Assembly: GCA_903939765.1 (NCBI GenBank)
Contig: CAJAIK010000115.1
Span: forward strand, 55,871 to 119,870
Direction: 5' to 3'
From: an uncultured Chlorobiaceae bacterium
GTDB taxonomy: Bacteria; Bacteroidota; Chlorobiia; Chlorobiales; Chlorobiaceae
DNA length: 64,000 bases
Positions 30,738-37,276 of this stretch are shown here, piece by piece. The position numbers and the translations under genes were made by a program. Position 1 is the first letter of the stretch. The number at the start of each line of letters is the position of its first letter. Under the pieces are notes generated by a model that was not told where the DNA came from, did not search any database, and saw nothing but the letters and a program-made list of their open reading frames with translations.

Positions 30738-30817
30738 CCTCTACTTGTTAGGTTAGTATCGTAAAAAATTAACGCTGCATTGCGGTGATTGCAAGTTCAT
30801 GATTTCAGGATTGTCCC
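30738..30817 (-). repeat. R-repeat copy 3
   Basis: CCTCTACTTGTTAGG..CGTAAAAAATTAACGCTGCATTGCGGTGATTGCAAGTTCATGATTTCAGGATTGTCCC. It starts 16 nt from the end of attC-like site A. Confidence 0.7.
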
Positions 30818-30833
30818 TTCATCCCCTAATTGC

Positions 30834-30977
30834 ACTTAACGGCTGACGCTATGGCAAGTGCGGGAATAAATTGTTGCTCAACTGTCTGCAAGCACAAATG
30901 TAAGTAAAGATTTCAAATGTTTCAACGAACACGCAAGCCCGCATTTGCTATAGCACATGCTATAGCGTTTGTTATGC
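30834..30977 (-). repeat. attC-like imperfect palindrome A
   Basis: The left arm ACTTAACGGCTGACGCTATGGCAAGTGCGGG pairs with the right arm CCCGCATTTGCTATAGC...AGCGTTTGTTATGC. It begins 13 nt after the Fic stop. Confidence 0.6.
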
Positions 30978-30990
30978 ACCGTTCTTATTT

Positions 30991-31596
30991 TTATTTATTG
31001 GTTTCAATTAATTCAAAAATCAACTCTGTTAATATTGCTACTTCACTTTCAATAGTCCCTTTCATATATCTTTCGTAAACACTTTTATTGTCGGGAGGGT
31101 TAAGGTTTAAAGTCAAACCCTTTTCTAACGCTAACATTCTTACAAACTCCCTTTGCGTTCGCCCGTTTCCTTCTCTAAAGGGGTGTAAATAATTTACATT
31201 GTCCAAAATTTCTGCTAACTTCTCCGCTAAATGCTTTTTGTTGTTCTTTGGAATTTTCTTGAATTCAGTTATTAAAGTTTCAACGTATCTGTAAGCATTG
31301 TCAAAATGTGTAGTTGGAAAAAATTGTTTTCTGTCTTTGCTAATTTCAACAATCCGTTTTTTTCCAGCTCAAGCGTATATGTCTTGAAATAGTTGTTTGT
31401 GAATTTCAAAAAGACTTTCAATTCCCTTAATCTTTATCAGATTTTCATAAAGTTCTTGTAGTCGTTTAGTAACAGCTCCGCTCTCAACAAATAATAATAC
31501 ATCAGGGTCTGTAATATTTTGAATATTTCTTAGTAGTCCTGTCTTTGGGTCAGTATAGGTGTAGTCAGGGTCAATGTATTTATAAGAATTAGACAT
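30991..31596 (-). pseudogene. Fic/Doc-family toxin (FicT/VbhT-like) interrupted by a single in-frame TGA
   Basis: ORFs 31369..31596 and 30991..31206 are in the same frame. My translation across the gap is ...QDIYA*AGKKRIVEISKD...NVNYLHPFREGNGRTQR. The stop at 31369-31371 sits where Fic proteins normally have W (YxWAG). The Fic motif is intact. Confidence 0.75.
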
Positions 31597-31810
31597 ATGC
31601 TTTTTCTTTAGCTAATATCACCAATTCACTCATTGAAATTTTCCCAGCGACATAGTCTCTGATTATTTCAATTCCTTTCGGAGTTGGGTTAAAACCTTCA
31701 AACATATTACTTCCTAAAGCACTTGCTGTGCTTTCTAATGTTTTCAAGTCTAAAAATTCCACTCCCATTATGGTTAGTTTGGCTCGGTCAATTTCAATTG
31801 TGTTAAACAT
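31589..31810 (-). CDS. VbhA-like Fic antitoxin
   Basis: 73 aa carrying the inhibitory S-x-x-x-E-G motif (SNMFEGF). It overlaps the start of the Fic gene by 8 nt. Confidence 0.7.
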   Translation of the reverse strand: MFNTIEIDRAKLTIMGVEFLDLKTLESTASALGSNMFEGFNPTPKGIEIIRDYVAGKISMSELVILAKEKAYV

Positions 31811-31889
31811 ATTTTCAGATTTTAAATCAATTACAAATTAACAACATTTTTCTGAATCTTTCGCCTATGTTCCGGTGTTTTAGAATGCA

Positions 31890-32022
31890 GCCTAACGGTT
31901 GAGGCTATATGCAAATGTGGGCGATTGCGGACTTCAAACTTATCAAACCGTGATAATTTAAAGCGGGCTATAGCCCTTGAATTTAGTACAATATCGCCCA
32001 TTTTGTATATACAGTGTTAGGG
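31890..32022 (-). repeat. attC-like imperfect palindrome B
   Basis: GCCTAACGGTTGAGGCTATATGCAAATGTGGGCGA pairs with TCGCCCATTTTGTATATACAGTGTTAGGG. The minus-strand 3' end is GTTAGGC, a canonical core site. Confidence 0.6.
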
Positions 32023-32192
32023 GCTTTATTATCATTATTTCAATTTTATACAAAGAGAATAAGCTAAATCATAATTGAAATGCAAGTCTAATCTTTTGAG
32101 CTGCTCTTTTATATTTACAAATCCTTTTTTGTATAAGTATCTTTAATTTTATGCTTATTTGAGAAAATTACTTAAACTAACATTGCTGTCTA

Positions 32193-32552
32193 TCAATGAT
32201 GTTCTTCGAAATATCGGTAAGCAGCACGACCAAGAAGTTCAATAATCCCAACTGCAATACCTATCTTGACAGGTATTGTCCATGGATAACCAAGATTTGC
32301 AGACTCCAAGCCAGTAATAGCAGCAGCGTGAGCTCCTACACCAACAGCAGATGCAATAAGAGCAGTTTGAATACCCTTTGCTGTGGATTTATCAATATCC
32401 ACTCCAAATAGTGACCCAATATGTATAACCATTAATATTTCCTCTGCAATAAGAGCAGCTGCATCGGCACCGACAGGAAGTGCACCAGCAGTTGCGCCTC
32501 CAGTAGCAGCCCATTTATGGATCAGATTCAAATGTTTTTGCGGTATACTCAT
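32193..32552 (-). CDS. Hypothetical Gly/Ala-rich membrane-associated protein (DUF697-like)
   Basis: 119 aa. ALPVGADAAALIAEEILMVIHIGSLFG resembles the YcjF/DUF697 region. This is the only ORF in its cassette. Confidence 0.4.
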   Translation of the reverse strand: MSIPQKHLNLIHKWAATGGATAGALPVGADAAALIAEEILMVIHIGSLFGVDIDKSTAKGIQTALIASAVGVGAHAAAITGLESANLGYPWTIPVKIGIAVGIIELLGRAAYRYFEEHH

Positions 32553-32884
32553 GTCCTTTATTCCTTTATATTGTTAAGTTATTGAAATTAGTATTGAATG
32601 CATTTAATATTTCGGTATACAATGTTTCTAAAAGTTTTTTATTAGTTTATTTTTCAATTATACAGTCATAAAAAAATCAACTACATTTATTATTGAAAAA
32701 CAGAACTAACCGTTAGCTCTAAAAATCATATTTCAGGCTATTTGCGCATAACGATTGTGTATAGTTATTATTCTTATCCCGCCGAATTGGAGGAATAAGA
32801 ACAATTGTTCATATTTCTCTTTTATCATTCTTACTTCTATGTTAATTTCTCCTTACTCAATAATCTCATCAATTGCCATTTTAT

Positions 32885-33017
32885 GTATAACGGTTTGCGG
32901 CTTAGCGTAGTGGCGGATTTTTAGCACAATAGTTCAATCGAAGAACTGCACTTGAACATACCACTAAGCTTTCATACGAAGCGCGGCACCCGCCATTACG
33001 CCAAACCGCTGTTAGGT
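32885..33017 (-). repeat. attC-like imperfect palindrome C
   Basis: GTATAACGGTTTGCGGCTTAGCGTAGTGGCGG pairs with CCGCCATTACGCCAAACCGCTGTTAGGT. It begins 9 nt after the methyltransferase stop. Confidence 0.6.
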
Positions 33018-33026
33018 GTAGTTATT

Positions 33027-34091
33027 TTACACATTTTTTGGCTTTGGTAGTCTTGATATAGCTTCACCTGCTCCCCTATACAATGGTAATCCTAATAAAT
33101 TCAAAGTTTCACAATGTGTCGGCTCTGGAAATTGATAATTATGTAAATCTTTTGATGCTATGAAAATTAATCTCCTTCTCTTTTGTGGCGTACCATAATC
33201 GGCAGCCAAAAGTTCTCTATGAGTTACCTCATATCCAATTTTATCAAAGGACTGGTAAATCAAGTCTATCATATTAACAGACTTTACCTGCGCCATCCCG
33301 TAAACATTTTCCATAACAACAACTGATGGAGATAAATATGAAACATGGTCAATGAAATTTGAATAAAGCTTACCAAGTTGGTCGCTAACAGCATTTTGTT
33401 TACCCGCAACACTAAACGGTTGGCATGGTGGACCGCCAATAATTATGTCAGGATTTCCACCGACTACCTTTTTCACTGTTTCTGGATCTAGTTTTCTGAT
33501 ATCAGCGAGATGAAAATTCCATTCGGGACGGTTAGTGTCAATAGTTGCTTGTGCCCACTTTTCGATATCAGTACAAAATTTGGTTTCAAATGATATGAAA
33601 TTATCTTTTGCCTGCTCGAAACCTAAGTCAAGTCCACCTGCTCCTGAAAAATATGATGCAATTGTTTTGATTCCACCTTGATTTTTTCGCTCAAAATATT
33701 TAGCAACTGAGCCCGCAATCGCTTTGCCTAAATTAACTGGAACAGCATTTCCAATTTGTTTTTGAATTTGACCTAACGTGCCTTTGAATATCCAGTCATG
33801 TGGAAAATCTTGAAGACACGCGGCCTCTCTTGGGGTTATATAACGGTCTTCGGTTGGATGAACAAACTTGTTAAATATAAAAGCCGTGACTGTTAAGGAA
33901 GGTTTGTCCTTCTCTAATCTTAAAAGTCGCATGTTTGGCCCACCTGTTTTTTTATCTCCTTTTCTTTCGAAGCTTTCATGTTGGAGATGTTTGGGAAGAT
34001 CTCCCATCTTACCCCCAGGAGCCAAATGCTTTATCCTTTCTAAAACAAGACCTGAATACTCTCTTGTAATATGATTTGGTATTTCCTTCAT
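33027..34091 (-). CDS. DNA (cytosine-5)-methyltransferase with circularly permuted motif order
   Basis: The order along the protein is a TRD-like region, IX (RYITPREAACLQDFP), X (GNAVPVNL), then I (FSGAGGLDLGF), IV (GGPPCQPFS), VI (ENV) and VIII (QKRRR). Confidence 0.85.
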   Translation of the reverse strand: MKEIPNHITREYSGLVLERIKHLAPGGKMGDLPKHLQHESFERKGDKKTGGPNMRLLRLEKDKPSLTVTAFIFNKFVHPTEDRYITPREAACLQDFPHDWIFKGTLGQIQKQIGNAVPVNLGKAIAGSVAKYFERKNQGGIKTIASYFSGAGGLDLGFEQAKDNFISFETKFCTDIEKWAQATIDTNRPEWNFHLADIRKLDPETVKKVVGGNPDIIIGGPPCQPFSVAGKQNAVSDQLGKLYSNFIDHVSYLSPSVVVMENVYGMAQVKSVNMIDLIYQSFDKIGYEVTHRELLAADYGTPQKRRRLIFIASKDLHNYQFPEPTHCETLNLLGLPLYRGAGEAISRLPKPKNV

Positions 34092-35203
34092 ATTTCTTTT
34101 CCGCCTTGGATTGAATCTGTTAAGTTAATGATATAATCAAAAACATATCTCAAGTCTTCTCGTTTTAGATATGTCAAGGATTTATCAGTTACTAAATCTC
34201 CTTCGTTGCCCCATAGCATACCTTTAAATGGATCTACATAAACTTCCCCATGCCGCAACGCTGGTAAGTTAGAGATTATGGCAGTTTTAACATTTTGATG
34301 TTTGTATTTTGTGCCAATCTTAAGAACCTGATAAATACCTTTTTTGATATCATCAGTTCGATCCATTCCAGCGCTAGTTTTGCTGTCACTAATTGATTCT
34401 CCTTGTGGCCATCCATCCTTTTCCTTGGCAACGTTTGGCGGTGCCCCTGAAGCATTCGCTAAATAATAAAACTTAGAAGTTCTATCCTTTTCGGCATATG
34501 CGACTTTAGTTTTTTGCCAAATTTTGAATGAGGATTCAAGTTCTTTTAAGTTACCTTTATCTTCTAAATGATCTGCAAAGGGTTTAAATGGCCAATTTTC
34601 AGATTTGACTTTACCTAAGTGGATATATGATTTGTCGTGTAGATAGATAGCAGAGTTTAATTCTCTGAACTGTGAACTTGTTAATGATATTTTGGAGTGA
34701 GCAAGATTTGTAGTTTTGGGAATTTGAAATAGAAGTGGAAACGTGAGTAATGGTGCAGATTTTACTTCCGCTAAAATTACGAAGCCATTTTTATGTTCTA
34801 TTAATGCATCTGCAACTTCTGTCCCTCCAATAGCGAAAACGCATTTAAAATCGTCAAATAAAATCTCAATAAATTTTAGAATCATTTCGCTGCTTAGTTT
34901 GCCCAAAGCACCCGATTGCGGTTTTGCAGCTTTTTGATAAGTCCATGTTTCATTCTTTTCATAACAAGGACTGCATAGATTTATAAAACCCAAATGGGCA
35001 TTATAACTTTCCGGGCACGAAGGACAGGTTTCAACATATTTTTCAATTCCCGATGTTGAGTCGATAAAAGCAAGTGACATGCAGATGTCAAAAATAAAGG
35101 CTCTGTATTCTGGCGGTTTACTTTTAGTCCACTTGATTATTCGCACAGCATCATCATGCCATGGATATTCTTTGAGGGGTACTTTTTTATTCAGTTCTTC
35201 CAT
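34088..35203 (-). CDS. Putative type II restriction endonuclease (PD-(D/E)XK-like)
   Basis: 371 aa. Its stop overlaps the methyltransferase start (ATGA). There is a candidate D...E-x-K motif (VADALIEHKNGFVILAEVKS). I recognise no other family. Confidence 0.5.
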   Translation of the reverse strand: MEELNKKVPLKEYPWHDDAVRIIKWTKSKPPEYRAFIFDICMSLAFIDSTSGIEKYVETCPSCPESYNAHLGFINLCSPCYEKNETWTYQKAAKPQSGALGKLSSEMILKFIEILFDDFKCVFAIGGTEVADALIEHKNGFVILAEVKSAPLLTFPLLFQIPKTTNLAHSKISLTSSQFRELNSAIYLHDKSYIHLGKVKSENWPFKPFADHLEDKGNLKELESSFKIWQKTKVAYAEKDRTSKFYYLANASGAPPNVAKEKDGWPQGESISDSKTSAGMDRTDDIKKGIYQVLKIGTKYKHQNVKTAIISNLPALRHGEVYVDPFKGMLWGNEGDLVTDKSLTYLKREDLRYVFDYIINLTDSIQGGKEI

Positions 35204-35218
35204 TTCTTTTTTAATTAC

Positions 35219-35350
35219 ACCTAACGGTTTGCAGCTACAAGAAGTTGGCGATTTCGAAGCACTAAACTGTCAGCCACCACTGAACTTAATGCGAAGCACA
35301 AAGCTTCATTTAACCACTGAACCGCCAATTTCTTGTAGGTGCTGTTATGG
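35219..35350 (-). repeat. attC-like imperfect palindrome D
   Basis: ACCTAACGGTTTGCAGCTACAAGAAGTTGGCG pairs with CGCCAATTTCTTGTAGGTGCTGTTATGG. It begins 9 nt after the stop at 35360 and ends 15 nt before the endonuclease ATG. Confidence 0.6.
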
Positions 35351-35359
35351 GCTGGCTTT

Positions 35360-35569
35360 CTACTGTTTGTCGTCATTAGTCCCTTGTTCCCATTGCTTTT
35401 TCTTGTCCGCTTCTTCTTTCTTTTTGTTAGCACGACTTATTAAAAAAGCACCTAAAACTATGAAGGTCACACCCGCAAAATTAGGTTGTCGTCCTGCGAT
35501 TGTACCCATAATTCCGCCAAGTGTCGAAAGACAACCGATTACAAGTATTACAATTCCTGTTGTTTTCAT
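35360..35569 (-). CDS. Small two-TM membrane protein with Lys/Glu-rich tail
   Basis: 69 aa, with two hydrophobic helices followed by KKKEEADKKKQWEQ. It is the last gene of the five-gene AT-rich operon. Confidence 0.5.
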   Translation of the reverse strand: MKTTGIVILVIGCLSTLGGIMGTIAGRQPNFAGVTFIVLGAFLISRANKKKEEADKKKQWEQGTNDDKQ

Positions 35570-35575
35570 AGTCCT

Positions 35576-35773
35576 TTAGTTTTGCTCGTTTTCTTTTTTT
35601 ACATCTACAAAGTCAACGGAGTCAACTTTCTTTGAAAAAAGAATTATTATTACTCCGATAATTGGTGAAAGAAAAAGGCAGAGAACAAAGCTCCAGCCAT
35701 ATCCGATTTTGCGGTTTCTACCAAGTAAGGCAACAAGTGCCGCAACGATTGCAAGTAGTACGATTTTTTCCAT
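35576..35773 (-). CDS. Small two-TM membrane protein
   Basis: 65 aa: MEKIVLLAIVAALVALLG...FVLCLFLSPIIGVIIILFS. There is a 6-nt gap to the next gene. Confidence 0.5.
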   Translation of the reverse strand: MEKIVLLAIVAALVALLGRNRKIGYGWSFVLCLFLSPIIGVIIILFSKKVDSVDFVDVKKENEQN

Positions 35774-35786
35774 TTTGATTTTATTT

Positions 35787-36206
35787 TTAAAAGTTAATAT
35801 TTAATTTTTGAGTTGCTTCTTCTTTTAATTCAAGCAAACGCTTGACATTATTTTTATTTTTTGAAATCTCTTGAAAGATATTCTCTGCAATTATGTTCTT
35901 TTCCTTGTCTGTTGGAAAGCGGTCTGGATGGCACTTTACTTTTAGTTCGTCATAAAGTTGAATTGAATTGAAAGAACTGTTGATGATGTTTCCGAAGTCA
36001 ATATCTTGTTTCAAAGATTCGTTTTTGAAACGTTGTTTGGCTGTGTCTTTCGGTTTGAGTTGTTCCTTTAAGATTAGAAATGCAATAATCCCAAATTCGG
36101 CTATGGCAAGCCACATCCACCAATTTGTTTGTGCTCCATTTTCTGTTGTTTTTGTAATAGCTTGTCCTGCTACTTTGATGCTGTCTTGTATTAAAGTATC
36201 ATTCAT
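35787..36206 (-). CDS. Membrane-anchored J-domain-like protein
   Basis: One TM helix (WWMWLAIAEFGIIAFLIL), then LYDELKVKCHPDRFPTDKEKNIIAENIFQEISK. That matches the helix II-HPD-helix III pattern of DnaJ J-domains. Confidence 0.55.
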   Translation of the reverse strand: MNDTLIQDSIKVAGQAITKTTENGAQTNWWMWLAIAEFGIIAFLILKEQLKPKDTAKQRFKNESLKQDIDFGNIINSSFNSIQLYDELKVKCHPDRFPTDKEKNIIAENIFQEISKNKNNVKRLLELKEEATQKLNINF

Positions 36207-36603
36207 TTTCGTTGAATTTAGGAAGTGGTATATAATCTTTTAATTGCCATCTGCAACCGTATGTTCCAGCGTCACCGTGTATTTCTAAAGTGTCCCAACC
36301 GAGAACAATTAGTCTGCGAACCAAAACATCATCGTCAAGAATTACTTTTCCGATATGAATTAGTTCGTCTTTTGTCAGCACTCTGCCTGTAAAAGCTTGA
36401 ATTCTAAAGCCAGTATTTAGCCAATTTGAAAATTGATGTTTATATGAACTTTCTCCTTTTGAAATGCTTGCTTTCAATAATGTTGGTGCGATACCAGCAA
36501 CAAATGAAGTCCTTGCGGATTCATTGAAACTGCGAACAAGTTTTGCTCTTTCGCTTCTGTCCCGAAACCAGTCGAGTATGTTATTCCAAGTGTTATCTAA
36601 CAT
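36199..36603 (-). CDS. Hypothetical cytoplasmic protein
   Basis: 134 aa. It overlaps the downstream gene by 8 nt. I recognise no motif. Confidence 0.5.
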   Translation of the reverse strand: MLDNTWNNILDWFRDRSERAKLVRSFNESARTSFVAGIAPTLLKASISKGESSYKHQFSNWLNTGFRIQAFTGRVLTKDELIHIGKVILDDDVLVRRLIVLGWDTLEIHGDAGTYGCRWQLKDYIPLPKFNENE

Positions 36604-36616
36604 CTTTTGTTTGTTT

Positions 36617-37156
36617 TTATAGTTCCTTTAATGAATACATTATTCGGTTCATTTTGTCTTTGTATTCATATTCTTTGTTTGATAAAGTCCAAGCCATAAT
36701 TTGATAGTATCTCTCTTTTCCTTGAATGAACGCTAATGAATAATAAGCATCAATTCCTTCAGCTCGTCCGCTTACTGTTAAAAGTCTTGCAGGCATATTG
36801 TTAATTGTTGTATCAATAATTTCAGACTTATGAGATACAGATATTGCCTGTTCAAATCCGTTCATAAGTAGTTCTGAGTAACCTTTAATATCGTTAGTGT
36901 AAGTTTCGGTGAGGTTATTGTCGTCCAAAGCTTTTTGCATTTCAGCTTTGGATTCGTCTATAACGATTACATAAAACTCTTTCCAAGCGTGTTGATATTG
37001 TAATGATGCATCATCATTTAGTCCGCTTGCTTTGGTCAAAAATGAAGGTATGGCAACTGAATATTTATTTTCAATTGTTACGGTTTGTTGCTCGTCACCT
37101 GATTGGCACGAGTTCAATGACAAAATTGTCAAAAGTAGAATTGTGATTTTTTTCAT
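36617..37156 (-). CDS. Hypothetical lipoprotein
   Basis: MKKITILLLTILSLNSCQSG is a lipobox. I prefer the ATG at 37156 to the longer ORF start at 37216, which would overlap the inverted repeat. Confidence 0.55.
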   Translation of the reverse strand: MKKITILLLTILSLNSCQSGDEQQTVTIENKYSVAIPSFLTKASGLNDDASLQYQHAWKEFYVIVIDESKAEMQKALDDNNLTETYTNDIKGYSELLMNGFEQAISVSHKSEIIDTTINNMPARLLTVSGRAEGIDAYYSLAFIQGKERYYQIMAWTLSNKEYEYKDKMNRIMYSLKEL

Positions 37157-37211
37157 TGTCTGTCTGTCTTTAAGCTTGCCCATAACTCCTTTATATATGC
37201 ACCGTATCACA

Positions 37212-37262
37212 CTCAAAGGTGTATAAAACCAGCTATTTTGTCATGCTTTATACACCTTTGAG
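37212..37262. repeat. Perfect 16-bp inverted repeat (CTCAAAGGTGTATAAA / TTTATACACCTTTGAG) with a 19-nt loop
   Basis: Seen directly in the sequence. It sits between the recombinase stop (37277) and the first cassette-like gene. No T-tract follows it on the minus strand. Confidence 0.6.
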
Positions 37263-37276
37263 GTGAATAATATTTT

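Noticed and set aside
32706-32716. An 11-nt palindrome, CTAACCGTTAG, that resembles fused attC end boxes.
   Set aside because: It is short enough to occur by chance in AT-rich DNA, and it has no flanking arm structure.
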